DNA from: the human T2T-CHM13v2.0 reference genome, Homo sapiens
Assembly (NCBI RefSeq): GCF_009914755.1
Contig: NC_060938.1
Strand: one strand, 5' to 3'
DNA: 64,000 nucleotides
Made by a program: the position numbers and the translations under genes. Shown here one piece after another: positions 1 to 14,083 of this stretch. The notes under the pieces were generated by a model that worked only from the letters and a program-made list of their open reading frames with translations, was not told where the DNA came from and ran no database searches. The first letter of the stretch is position 1. Every line of letters begins with the position of its first letter.

Positions 1-1419
1 AAGTGGATTGTTGTTAAGAGTTCAAGTGAGGCTGGGAAAGACAGCGGTTGCCAGCCACCGCTCTCTAGGAAGCCCAACTAAGACCATAGGAAAACAAAAC
101 CATTTCCAAAGATCACAGACTTTGAATTAAGAGAACCCAAGGAAAAACACAGAGTGGTGTGAAAGTTATGAACTGAGATGGCTCCACCGGCTTCAATTGG
201 GTAGTGTGAGCTTGTCTGAGGGGCACATTCCACCCACAGACCAAACACCTTATTCCCCATTAACAAGTATAATCATGCGGGTTTCTAACACAGTTGCCTT
301 TTTCAGTTATGTGTTAACCACTCTTTAAATAGCAAAGTAGGAGGGCAGAGGAAAACTTTGAGAGTGGGAAATTCTCACGAGATGTCAACTTTTAGTACAC
401 AATTAATAACACAAGTCAAACTGTTTTTTTGTTTTTTTAATTATTGATGTTGATTTGAGCCTGAGCCTACAAATTTCAGTCATTTTGTAAATGCATTCCT
501 CTAGATTTGACCTCAGAATCCCTGTGGGGTAGAAACTACTGGATGGAATTTCTAATTAAAAAAAAATAGGGCTCCCAGCAATTTAACCCCAAGTTCCCTC
601 ATCATTTACCCTCAACGCTCCCTCTTATAAGTGGCCCACAGTCTTTTATTCATATTGACAACTTGTACTTGACAGCACCCACGGAAGAATGACAGCTTTC
701 CTCCAAAAGCAACACGCTCCATACTGAAGTTGCTTCAACACCTTGAAATTTACTTTTCAGACTGAAAGCTTTCATACGTGGTGACTAATACAAATCACAA
801 AGGACCTATTTATAAAAGGATTCCTTGTGCACTTGGGGGATAGTTGCTAAAGCAATTTTCTTTTGCTTTGGGGCAAGACTGAGGAGAATTTTGACTTCAT
901 AGCTTCCTAGAACCCTCACAAATTTACACAGGTGTGGAGCTCGTACATGTTTAATATACATTGCTTTGCCTCTCTCTGATTTCTCTTTGTCTCTTCTTTA
1001 CTCCTTCAGTCAGCCTCTGTCTGCATCCCTTTCTCATACTCCAGAACCCTCTTTTTAAAGCAGTTTTAATGTTTATGGTAAATGAAGCACACACTGGAAA
1101 CTACATTACAATTGTTGATCAATTTTCAGATTCCAGATTTCTCTCACCAGGATGACTGACATTAAAATGGCTTCATTGTGCTTATTGGCAGGTTGGTCCA
1201 TCCAGTCTTTTTCTGGCAAGTCTAGAATTTCCCACGGGTAGTTAATACATGGAAGGTTAAAATGATATCTTACAATGCCACCTTTGCAATTTGTTTTGGC
1301 TCTTGAACAGAGCCAGAGGAATAGAGGAGCCCCTTTTTATCTGTGGGAGATAGGTTTCAAGATTTCTTGTGAAAGCCTGAAACAGCAGGTATTGCCAAAC
1401 CCTACATATACTCTTTTTT

Positions 1420-1858
1420 AAAAAAAAATGTACATAACTATGATAAAGTTTAATTTGTAGTTTAGGCACAGTAAGAGATTAACATCAATAACTAATAATC
1501 AAACAGAATAATTATAACAATATGCCCACATCACTACTCTTGCATTTTATTAAGTAAAGTAAGGGTTACTTGAACACAAGCACCGCAGTATTGTCATAGT
1601 CAATCTGAGATAGTTACTAAGTGAATAAGTACTGGGAAGCACAGGCAGCTTGAATCCACTGGACGAAGGAGTGATTCAAGACAGACGGGATGGAGCAGGA
1701 CAGCATGAGATTTCATCACATGACTCAGAACGCTGTGTAATTTAAAACTTATGAATTGTTTGTTTCTGGAATTTCCCATTTAACATTTTGAACTGCGGTT
1801 GACTGTGGGTAACTGAAACCATAGAAAGTAAAATCACAAATAAGGAATGACAATTGTA
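1420..1858. mobile_element. Tigger2-family (MER8/MER28-like) TcMar DNA transposon relic
   Basis: Matches recalled Tigger2 motifs 'tatgataaagtttaattt..taggcacagtaagagattaac' and 'aaaacttatgaattgttt..tctggaattt'. Ends in a decayed TIR 'gggtaactgaaacc..taagg..caattg' followed by TA. Confidence 0.8.
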
Positions 1859-3454
1859 TTAGGTATTTAAATCACAACTCTTGAATCGTGGAATTCTCTT
1901 TCTCTCTCTCTTTCTGATATCCAGCACTAAATATATTAATTACATACCTAAGGAAATAACAGTAGGATACTTGGACAACTGCTTCACAAGTAAAATATTA
2001 TACTATTTGCATTTGCTTTGAATTCACTATGGAAAATTATGTCACTGATCATTTTGTTGTAGACAACCTAATCTATTTTTATGTCCATTTTTGTTAACAG
2101 TATGTCCATTTTGTTAGTATATAAAATAGAACTTACTCCAAGTAATCAAAAATCAGAAAGAACAGTTCCCTTTGGTCTCTCCCAAGATATTTCCTCCAAA
2201 TCCAAGGTCAAGGAAGCTATCTTTTCTGAGATGTGTTTATTAGATGATGCCACAGAGATAGGAAGTTAAGGAAATAGGTAGTGCCATAGTTATGTGTGGG
2301 CTTTAAAAATAAGTTAAAAGCACTCCAATCATTCCTGAGGGGTAGTGAAACGTTTAAAAGAGATATTACAGTCATAGAACTGAGTAAGGCCCATTTTTTT
2401 ACTAATAGTTCACTCTTTAGATGGGTGTATTTTTTTTCCTTCATTTCTTTCTACTGCTGTTAAAATAATTTCTTTTACCACCTGTTCCTTCTGCTCTAGG
2501 CAGTTTATGCATTAAACACATAAAGAAGACTATGCCAATTAGGGGCTGAAGTGCACAGGCTATTTTGTTAATAGAGAATCCCAATTAAAATGTTTGTTTT
2601 TTATTCTGTTTAACTGTTATTACAAATTACATTAACAAGGACTGACCTTTGCATATTTCAGTTATGTACTCAGCATTGATTTTCTTTCATAAATTGGTTT
2701 TCTTGATTTAGACTAAGACAGATACTAAAGCTTAGTCACAATTCAAGAAGTAACTTATGACCGAATAATATTTCAGCCATAGGTAAAAGAATTCTCAAAT
2801 AGGAGGTCATAATCAATTTTTACATTATCTTTGGATAGAAGACTGGATATTTGGGATTATTGATTATTGATTACCAATGATAAAATGACTGATTTAAAAA
2901 AAGAATGCTCCTGAGTGAGCTCTGATTGTTTAATACCTAAAGCAAAGTAGAAATGTTTACCTTTCTCACTGAAGACAGCCCAATAAAATCACCAAATCTT
3001 TAAGGAATACTTAACTTATGAATTAACCAACCATATCTATTCTAGAAATAGAACTTTCTAAACTTTTGTATTTGGTATTTTGTGTATTTATGGGTTAATA
3101 TGAGCAGATTTGCCTTTAGGCCTCTTCCACACTAATCTTCCTTCCAAGAATAATAAAATCTGGAAAAACTTTTCTTGGTACCTTACACAACTCTGGCTTT
3201 TTCCAGTGGAAATTCATGTGTAGCAGCTGAGAGATGAAAAATAGTGAATCACAGCTGAATTACAATTATTATTCGAATATTTTTCGATGCAACTAAAATA
3301 CATATATTGGGGGGTGTAAGGGAATATTGAAAGAGAAATAAATTCTCAGTTTTTTATATTGATATTTAGTAATACATCTCATATAAACATCTCAATGTAT
3401 CATATATCTTTCTACATATTGTTTATATTAGACACTATGAAGAATTTTTACTGA

Positions 3455-3577
3455 TTTTTATTTATTTATTTATTTATTTTAAAATTATTATACTTTAAGT
3501 TTTACGGTACATGTGCACAATGTGCAGGTTAGTTACATATGTATACATGTGCCATGCTGGTGCACTGCACCCACTAA
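3455..3577 (-). mobile_element. Very short L1PA2/3-type 3' end (~95 bp plus (TTTA)n tail)
   Basis: 'ttattatactttaagtttta..gtacatgtgcacaatgtgcaggttagttacatatgtatacatgtgccatgctggtgcactgcacccactaa' is the antisense L1PA 3' terminus. No clear TSD. Confidence 0.9.
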
Positions 3578-3999
3578 ATATTATTTAGTTCAAATAATCT
3601 TCAGTTACTGGGAATCTTTACAAACTGAATGTTAGAAGCAGATTACAGGATGTCTTAATTTTATGAGGTAGTCATCATGTTTGATAAGTGAACACTATGA
3701 CATAGATTGGAAAACACTACATTTAGAGGCTTACAATAGACTTAAGGAGGTACATACATTTAAGTCAAGGCGTTTGAGGACCACCTTCCTATTTGTCTCT
3801 GAAGCTAATTTGATTTAAGGCAATCAGCACAATGTGATATAATCAGTTTACTCTATACCTAGAAAAATTTTCAACTCAAGGAAGATATTGGGTCGAAGTT
3901 ATAGACTCACTGGATGAATGTGCATCCAACACAGTTTCAAATATTAAATATGAAAGTACAGACTGGCTCTGAATCAACCATATTTTATTCTGGCCCTTA

Positions 4000-4155
4000 T
4001 TTCTAATCATTTTTTATTTAAAGCTGCAGTTTTCCTCATGCATAAAATGAAGATAATTGTAGTCATCTCATAAAACTCAAGTAAGGAATACATGAGATTA
4101 TGTTTTAAAAGTATTTTGCAAAATGTCAGGCAGTTGATAATGCTCACATAAAAAC
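4000..4155 (+). mobile_element. MIR SINE fragment
   Basis: MIR core-like 'cagttttcctcatgcataaaatgaagataat'. Confidence 0.55.
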
Positions 4156-4339
4156 AATATAGTGTTCTTTTTCTTCCTCTTAGCCAGGTATTAAGAAACA
4201 TCTATGTACAGAACTCTCTCTGAAGAATAAAAAATGTATAAATTACATAAGAATGAGTAAGAGACAACAATATGAAAATATGAATTGTGTTTTGTGTTTA
4301 GAGGGTGAGGACTTTTCTAACTGGAATGGAACAAATTAT

Positions 4340-4880
4340 GAATATATGGAAGTGAGGGAAGATAGATTGGGGCTGGTAACCCTTAGGCAGCCTTAAATTA
4401 CAAATTAAATAGAGTTTAGATAATATTTTTTAAACAATGGGAGACACTAAAGCCTTCTGAACAAAGAAAATGACAGAATCAAAACTTACTTCAACTCACC
4501 TGCATTGTATACTATTAAGTGGAGAATAGCAGACCATATAGGAAGTCTGAACTAAGGAAATTGGGGGGAAATAAAAATAAAGTTTTAAGTACGAGGAAAA
4601 TTTCAAAGGCATAATCAACAGGGTTTACAAGAGTGATTACATGGGAAATGGTCAAGGAGTTTAACATTATTCTGAAGTTATTATGTATATGGAGGTTGGA
4701 GACCAGTTGGCTTTGGAAGGAGATTATGAATTCTGGTTCTGACGTGATAAATGTTTGAGGCACTCATATAATATTAAAATAGAAGTATCCAGTTGAGAAT
4801 GGGAAAGGCAGGACTGGGGCTGGAAAAAAAAGATTGAAAATAGAAATAGAAGTTTGAGGGTCATTGAAATGTGGGTAAAT
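4340..4880 (-). mobile_element. L2 LINE fragment
   Basis: Degenerate antisense L2 motifs ('atgggagacactaaag..tgacagaatcaaa', 'agaaatagaagtttgagggtcatt'). Confidence 0.5.
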
Positions 4881-4881
4881 T

Positions 4882-5604
<723 letters not shown>

Positions 5605-7033
5605 AACAGAAGTGACCATGAAGCCTGTGAGTGAGATGGTATCTGAAATGAGAGAGAGTAAGGGGTAAGGAAAAGATGGAGATTGAAACTTCGAAAATAA
5701 TTATGGAGGGTAAGTAGAAAAATAAAGCAATGAGTGACTTGACTCAAGAAGAATAAATTTTTTCAGGAATATTTATTTAACATAATAATATATTATAGAA
5801 AAATAAAGTAGCATGTTGCCTAAGAATTGAGGCACTTAGAAAATGCTGCTGAAGAAACTTCTAGCCTCTAATACTTGCTTTTAGAAGTGACTCTCAGTGT
5901 TTCTGCATCACTCTTTTGCTGGGAAGATATTTAAAGTTGCCAGCATTCATAGAAATGCAAAAAAATCTGACATCGTTGATACGTGCAATTTGTCCCTTCT
6001 CTAGAGATTTTAAATTCTACCCATTGATCAAAAACAGTTACCAGAAAAATCTGCTTGGACCTCATTAACTTGTAATTTCCCCTTTCATCATTACTACCAT
6101 CACCCAAGAAAACTTATTTTTCATTAAATCAGATATATAAAATGTATTTCTGCATTTTTATACAATTTTAAATATCATGATAGTCCTTGTCTTTCTAAGA
6201 AAACATTATGTAACATATCGATGTATAAAATCTTCTATAAAGATCCAAGTGATATATTTCTAGACCTTTCATTTCTTGGAAGAGATAACTTAGAGTGTCC
6301 CTGAGAACTGGGAAATGAGGAAAATAAAATCACTCTTTAGAGGTTCAACTAGAAGATCAACACATAAAACTTGAGGGAAATAATATGCAGATTTGCTCAG
6401 AAGAGGCAAAATACAATATTTTGACTGTAACTGGAGTTTTGCTTAGATTACCTTAAGGAAACATGTGTTTTTCTTTCTTTCTTTATTTTTTGTAAATATA
6501 CCTGTGAACTGGAACTGAAATTGGAATACCATCAGAAATTGAGGCCCTCCCAGAGAAGGATCAGGACACCCCTGGTCCTATGAGTAGCTATCCATTCATG
6601 TCGGTCTAGGTGAGGCCAAGAATTATCTCTCAGCTTGGTTGCTTTTATCACGGTAATGTGCCCCATTCATTATTCTCTTGGGAGGCAACATTATCTACTG
6701 GTAGAATTTCTCTAATATTACCATATGATATGGGAAACATGTTTTCATTTACATATGTACATATCTGTTTCATATCCTCCTCTTGTAAATTAGTAAATCT
6801 TGTAAATCACCTAGAAATTGCCTGGCATATACTTAATGTTATGGAAATATTAGTGATGATGATTTTATGTAAATAATTGCAAGTTTCCAGCTGTGCAGCT
6901 TTATTTTTTCCATCCTCTGTATTTCTATGTAAATTATTCTTAAATTCAAATCAGACCACACCAAAGGCTCTTCAGTGTTTTACATACAAGATAAGCTTCA
7001 AGCTACCTTCTCAAGCTCCAAAGACCTTTATTT

Positions 7034-7664
7034 TTTTTTTTTTTTTTTTAAATTTTTTTTTTTTTTTATTATACTCTAAGTTTTAGGGTACATGTGCACA
7101 TTGTGCAGGTTAGTTACATATGTATACATGTGCCATGCTGGTGCGCTGCACCCACTAACGTGTCATCTAGCATTAGGTATATCTCCCAATGCTATCCCTC
7201 CGCCCTCCCCCGACCCCACCACAGTCCCCAGAGTGTGATATTCCCCTTCCTGTGTCCATGTGATCTCATTGTTCAATTCCCACCTATGAGTGAGAATATG
7301 CGGTGTTTGGTTTTTTGTTCTTGTGATAGTTTACTGAGAATGATGGTTTCCAATTTCATCCATGTCCCTACAAAGGACATGAACTCATCATTTTTTATGG
7401 CTGCATAGTATTCCATGGTGTATATGTGCCACATTTTCTTAATCCAGTCTATCATTGTTGGACATTTGGGTTGGTTCCAAGTCTTTGCTATTGTGAATAG
7501 TGCCGCAATAAACATACGTGTGCATGTGTCTTTAGAGCAGCATGATTTATAGTCCTTTGGGTATATACCCAGTAATGGGATGGCTGGGTCAAATGGTATT
7601 TCTAGTTCTAGATCCCTGAGGAATCGCCACACTGACTTCCACAAGAGATTCTGGTATGTGGTGT
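7034..7664 (-). mobile_element. L1HS pre-Ta, 5'-truncated (~0.6 kb), 17 bp TSD
   Basis: ACG diagnostic (cgt at 7159-7161), G diagnostic in 'atactctaag' (7076) and GGGGTCGGGGG 3' UTR motif. ORF2 C-terminal 123 aa intact (7273-7644). TSD tccaaagacctttattt at 7017-7033 and 7665-7681. Confidence 0.95.
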
Positions 7665-7900
7665 TCCAAAGACCTTTATTTCCAGGCCAATGCCTAAGTC
7701 TATGGCCTTACTAAGCACCATGTTGTTAGCTTATCCTTAGTGTGAATTCTTTGAAGTTCCTTTGCATTTACCCAGCTAATTCATGCCTGCATGCCTTTGT
7801 CTTTTTCTTTTCCTTCTGTTTGTAATGTCCGCTCCACACCAGCCTTATTACCTAGGCAGGGCCTTTTCGTACAACATGATGTTTTGAAATATGTATACAA

Positions 7901-8215
7901 GGCCAGGCACAATGACTAATGCCTGTAATCCCAGCACTTTGGGAGGCTGAGGTAGGTGAATCACCTGAGGTCAGGAGTTCAAGAACAGCCTGGCCAACAT
8001 GGTGAAACCCTGTCTCTACTAAAAATATCTTAAAATTTAGCCAAACGTGGTGGTGGGCACCTGTAAACTCAGCTACTCAGGAGGCTGAGGCAGGAGAATC
8101 GCTTGAACCTGGGAGGCGGAGGTTTCAGTGAGCCGACACAGTGCCACTGCACTCCAGCCTAGGCAACAGAGCGAGACTCCGTCTCAAAAACAAAAAACAA
8201 CAACAAACAACAAAC
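7901..8215 (+). mobile_element. AluSx/Sz-type SINE
   Basis: Full dimer, 'tcacctgaggtcaggagttc', (CAA)-type tail. Confidence 0.95.
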
Positions 8216-8596
8216 CAAGAACAGGCACATTAAACAAACAGAATCTGCTCTTGTTTCCCTATCCATTAGAAACCTATATTGGGGAGCAATGGGAAAAAAG
8301 CATAACAGTAAAAAATAAAATGTTTAAATGCATCATGTAATGGTTCCTGGTAGAAAAGCTAGGCAACCAGCAATGACTATGTTTTAGGCACTCTTCTCCA
8401 TCTGCTCTGAAATGCAGTTATTTTATTCCCATCTCAGACTTGTAAAAATGGAAGATTTAAACTCAGTTCAGTGTCTTACTCCATTCTGAAACTCTCAGAC
8501 CTGGTGTCAATCAAGCACAAATTAAGAGTTGGTTAAACTTCAAAAGGCAAGCGTGGGAAAAGACAGTCTGGGTTTCAGGCGAAAGATACAAAATCA

Positions 8597-9054
<458 letters not shown>

Positions 9055-10329
9055 TCAAATGGCAGATTCAGCAGGGAAGAAGGAAAGAATGAAGTACTTT
9101 TGGAATCTGTCAAAACTGGGCAATGGTAAAGTTAATATGACAGTGAAAGATGTAGGATATACTGGATCCCGGAGTGACTGGATGTAGAGTGATGAATCAG
9201 GTGGTTATTCCAATATTTCTAGTAATGATAATAATGTTTCAAATTGAAGTATTGGTAGTGAAGAGAGAGGTAGTGAACAAATATTTGCTATACATGATTT
9301 GAACCACAGTATAGGTATATCTGTGCTATCACTGTGTGCATCTTAATTTTTTTTTTACCCAATGAACTGAATAAAAACACTGAAAGTAGTGTAGAGGATA
9401 CTTGTTTGTTTCCTGTAATCATATAACAATATGTAATGGAATGCCAAATGCATGACGAGTTAAGTTATTCCTGCACAGAATCTGCCAAGCACATGAATAA
9501 AGTTGCAAAACACATTTGAAAGTGTCAGGTGGATGCTTTTGGAAAACTCTATGTACACTTATTAAAAAAAAACAATAGCTGCTGTGACACATACGTCAAA
9601 ACCAATGTGTGTTTAAAAGTTTGGTAAACCTGCCTCAGATACCCTTTCATATAATGTGCTTTTTAGCAAAGCCAAACTTTGTTTAAATATTTTTCTTCCA
9701 TATGATGTTAAAAGAAATGCCTTAGATCAAATCTAATTTAATTTAACTTAACAATTTCCCCCTTTCAGTCAGCCTTCCAATTTTGAGGACGGACACCCTT
9801 TCTGTCACCATCATAATAGACTCATTTGGTCTCAGTATGGATGTCTTAATTAACAATGTCAAATTAGTTGGATGACTTTTTAGTGCTTTCTTCATGTTTT
9901 ATGTTTACTATAATGAGACCACTTGGTGTACAAAGGAAGGCTGCATACAAGCACTTAAGACTCTTCAGGGGATATGACACATCAGAGAAACTATTATGAC
10001 GGCTATCAGGAGGACAATATCACAAAACGGAAGTGTATTCCTTAACAGAACTATCTGCAAACCAAACTGACCAAAATCAAACAGTTCAAAATTCAGGCAA
10101 CAAAAATAGTTCAGTAGTCCAATGAGTCATAGTCTTTGGTATGATGGCAATTAAGGACCATAGTTTGTAGTAAAATGGCCTTACATATTCATTTTTGTAT
10201 TTAGCATGGTAATACAAGTCATAGTAATCTAGAAACTCACTACAAATAGATAAATAAATAAATAAGTAAATAAACAAATAAAGATTAGAAAACCTTGGGT
10301 GGGTTGTAGGGGAGAGAAAACCTTGGAAT

Positions 10330-11590
10330 AGTCAAGCAAGCTTGCCATCCACCATTTAGGATGCCTTCAAACCAACTATTAGCTGCTCTCATAAATACAT
10401 TATATGTTTCTTCTTTCTGAGAAATTTTCTTTAATGTATTTAATGGCAGTGCCTAGAGAACTAGGAGTAACAGCCACCTTTCTAATTAAGCCTTCTGTGG
10501 TAATAAAATCAGGGGAAAGGTAAGTGCAACATTTCATTTTCTTCAGCACCACACCACACGAGACCCCAACATGGGAACAGTGGCACTCTAAAGCATTACG
10601 TGTTTTTGTTGAACATAAATATTCTCAACCACATTTTGGAGAGTGGTTTCTATCCATCTGAGCCCCTGGAAGGTCTGATTAACTACAAAAATCCAATACT
10701 TTTCCCATTTTACAAATTAGCTTTAAATTTCCTACAACAAGCACCTCACTACCACTAAACTGGGTTCCCAAGAACGCCACTAGAACTTTTCTTCAGTGGA
10801 AGCTAATATATCTTCATCTGTTTTGAGGTTGGTACTAATTTCAGTCAATGACCACTTTGCCCTCTGATTATGAGAGGTCTTATTGGGAATTTTCAGTGAA
10901 AGCTATTCAGAAGGCAGGACTGAGCCAGGCCAAATAGTAAAATCTGTATGAAGAAGGAGGTAGAAGAGAGTAGAAATTTCTCTACAGACTCCATATTGGA
11001 CCTCAGATATGGAAAAGAAGGCTATCAAATGGTGTTTGAGCAGGAGCCAGTTAAATTTGTTTGCCTATAAGTCTGCATAGCTCTTAAGAAAGGTCCAGGG
11101 AAAGATTTACTTTTTTTGTGGTCCTTTTATAAAGCATGCTGTGAAGGTTCATAACCACATTTAGTGGAAAGGGAGCTTACTGTATTTAATAGAGTAACAT
11201 CATACAAACACGTATTCTAGCCACTTAAGTAGTACCAAGGCCTTGAGTGAACAATGCCTGGAAGTACAATATACCTCTTACAGGCATCACACTTAGATAG
11301 ATTTTCTATATTTGGTAACAATTAAGTTATTGATTGGAAAAGTCAGGGTATTATTTCCATTACCTATAGGAAAGCAAATAGTAGTGATGTCTAGAATATC
11401 AAGAATCACTTTCCATTCTTCTTTTTGGTTTCAGGATGACTCATATTAGGAACACAGAGACACACTGGCATTAGTGGAGTTGTTTTCTGATTTCTGAGCA
11501 ATAGTTCTTAAGCCTAATAATTTCTCTGGGTTCTTGCTAGAGCATAAGCCTTTGCTACAGCAATCTGCAAATTATTTTCCCATGGATTTT
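10330..11590 (-). pseudogene. ERV env remnant (SU start to TM ectodomain), multiple stops
   Basis: Manual translation of the minus strand at 10603-10501 gives TRNALECHCSHVGVSCGVVLKKMKCCTYLSPDF, resembling the gamma-type immunosuppressive domain plus C..CC motif. A W-rich segment (ANSWFEGILNGGWQ) follows. An SU-like N-terminus lies near 11590-11510. Confidence 0.65.
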
Positions 11591-11613
11591 TTGTAAGAAA
11601 AGGGAAAGGACTC

Positions 11614-12147
11614 TGTATTAATTCATTTTCACGCTGCAGATAATGACATACCCAAGACTGGGCAATTTACAAAGAAAGATTTAATTGGACTTACAGTTCC
11701 ATGTGGCTGGGGAAGGCTCACAATCATGACAGAAGGCAAGGAGGAGCAAGTCCCATCTTACATGGATGACAGCAGGCACAGAGAGAAGGAGGAAGATGCA
11801 AAAACAGAAACTCCTGATAAAACCGTCAGAGCTCATGAGATTTACTCACTGGCGTGAGAGCAGTATGAGGGAAATCAGCCCCAGGATTCAATTATCTCCT
11901 GCTGGGTCTCTCCCATAACACATAGGAATCATGAGAGCACAATTCAAGATGAGATTAGGGTGGGGACACAGAACCAAACCATATTATTGCACGCCTAGCC
12001 CCTGCCAAATCTCATGTCCTCACATTTCAAAACCAAATATGCCTTCCAAACAGTCCCCCAAAGTCTTAACTCATTTCAACATTAACTTAAAAGTCCACAG
12101 TCTATCAAGATGAGATTTGGGTGGGGACAAAGCGCCAAATTATATCA
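11614..12147 (-). mobile_element. THE1A/B MaLR, internally deleted provirus (full LTR + ~118 bp internal + 43 bp of second LTR)
   Basis: THE1 LTR 11614-11986, THE1-int 11987-12104, second LTR start 12105-12147. Perfect 5 bp TSD GACTC at 11609-11613 and 12148-12152. Confidence 0.92.
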
Positions 12148-12639
12148 GACTCAAACAACAAAAAATAAAGGAAAAGTAAATAAAAAAAAGGTAAGGCTTT
12201 CATGACAACAAAGCAGCTTTGATATACAATCTTGGGAAAGCTGTTCACATCTTGAATGCCGTCTGCTTCTGGGGAAAATTTCCTTGGTCAGCTTTATCTT
12301 AAGATCTCTAACAGGCATAGAGTTTCAGGAGTCTGGAGTGGCCCTTTAGAGTTGAAAGATATGGATCCAAGACTTGATGCCCTGAAGTTTTGCTGCAGAG
12401 AAGAATTTGTTATGGTCCCTTCCAGTGGAATTCAAAGGCTGTCTTTCCCTGGTGTGCTTTTTCCAAAAGATGCAGTCTCCAGGTTCTAGATCATGAAAGA
12501 TCTGGTTGTCATCAATTGGTGAGTTACAAAGGATTTATTTCACCTGGTGAAACTATGCTTTGGTATAATGCAACAAAGCCTTGCACTATTGAGTCATGTC
12601 AAAATTTATGAGTGAGAATTACATGAGGTTCTATTACTA

Positions 12640-13260
12640 AAGGGATAGTCTTTGAAGTAACTATTTCATAAAGGGTCAATCTATGCTTTCCAGCGGGAGT
12701 AAGTTTGGTTGCCAACAATTGCTAATACCTTTGACTGAGGCAATCCAATTGGTTCAGTTAGCTTTGTAAAGTGCCACTGCATTTGTAATACCTAATTTAA
12801 CTGGTTTACAACTTGTCCAGTGGAAGAAGTACCTCTATCACTGGAGATTTCTTCAGGACTGTCCCATAAGTTAAACACATTTTCTAACAAACTTTTTTTA
12901 TAGCTGCTGTTATAGTACTGACCTTCATGCATGAGAAAGCTTTTATACACCCAGAAAATATACATTAAGGGTGACAGTTGAATGGAATCCATCTGCAATT
13001 GTTCAAACGATTGAGCAGATGCTGGAAATGTATCATCTGAGGTTTTTATTTTCTTATAAGAATAATGGATTTGACAAACCAAACATTGGTCATAAACCAT
13101 TTTAGTCATTTTAGAATAGTAACTTCACCAATATTTTTTCATAATGTGAATTATTTTATCTCTTACATGGTGAATCCTAGAGTGATAGGTTGTAATAATG
13201 GAAGCTTTAAGGACTCAGGAAGGACCAAGCAGCAGTCCAACCTCTCTATGAGTCCATGCT
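12640..13260 (-). pseudogene. ERV pol/integrase remnant
   Basis: ORF 12792-13109 has the CxxC half of the HHCC zinc finger (CLVC), 'QMDSIQL' (first D) and 'EISSDRGT' (second D of DDE), with frameshift damage in between. Confidence 0.85.
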
Positions 13261-13970
13261 TAACACTGAATTTACATGATTTCAGATACAAAATTTGTTT
13301 TTCCAAATCAGGTGCATTGCACTGTTATTAAAATAGGCTATTATAGGTAACTTGACTTGCATCAATCTTATAGAATTCATTCTAATTGCAATTCTTAAAA
13401 ATTTTAATGCTGGGTGACACAGCATGAAAATCTGCCAAATAATTTCCTTGGTATTTAATTAATTCTTGTTTGGCTGAATATTAGGTTAGAAGCTCTATGA
13501 ACCAGTAAGTTTCTTCTTTAGCGTTCTGGGGATTCTTACCTAGTCAGATGGTATGATCTTAAGTTTATCGCAAACCTGTACTTGTGAGAGTCTTTTCCAT
13601 GAATCTCCTTAAAGGTAAAACACTTTCAGCTTATAGTTGTTTGGGAAAGTACTAGAGTACACAATTAACTGTCCATGAATTACAAGACTTAAAATGGCCA
13701 TGGTTAAAGATCTGATGAGAGTTCATTAAAATAATGATGCAACTGACAAAGACATATGGCTTGTATCTGTTAATAATCTTAGAATATTATTTTAAGATAA
13801 CTAGAATTATCACTGATAGTGTTATACCAGGACTAATAGATTTGTATGTATTTTATATAATTTACGAAACAGGTAGTAATGACACATCCCACATTCTTAG
13901 AAATACAACTCAAAGAAGGTTTTAGCAGTACTTATTTAACAATGCTTTCCATATAACTCTTTCTTACTTA

Positions 13971-14083
13971 AAAAAAAATTTCAATAGCTTTAGTGGTACA
14001 AGAGTTTTTTGGTTACATAGATGAATTACATAGTGGTGAAGTCTGAGATTTTAGTGTACCCAACACTCAAATAGTGTACATTT
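13971..14083 (-). mobile_element. L1PB-type 3' end fragment inside the ERV
   Basis: 'tttcaatagcttt..ggtacaag..ttttggttacatagatgaatt..atagtggtgaagtctgagattttagtg'. Confidence 0.75.

Noticed and set aside
1-1400. Unique sequence at the window start as a gene end or promoter
   Set aside because: No CpG island, credible ORF or consistent exon structure is visible. It cannot be assigned without mapping.
3181-3245. 45 nt minus-strand open 'exon' (LLHMNFHWKKPELCK)
   Set aside because: Weak donor (GTACCA), no recognisable protein and no partner exons.
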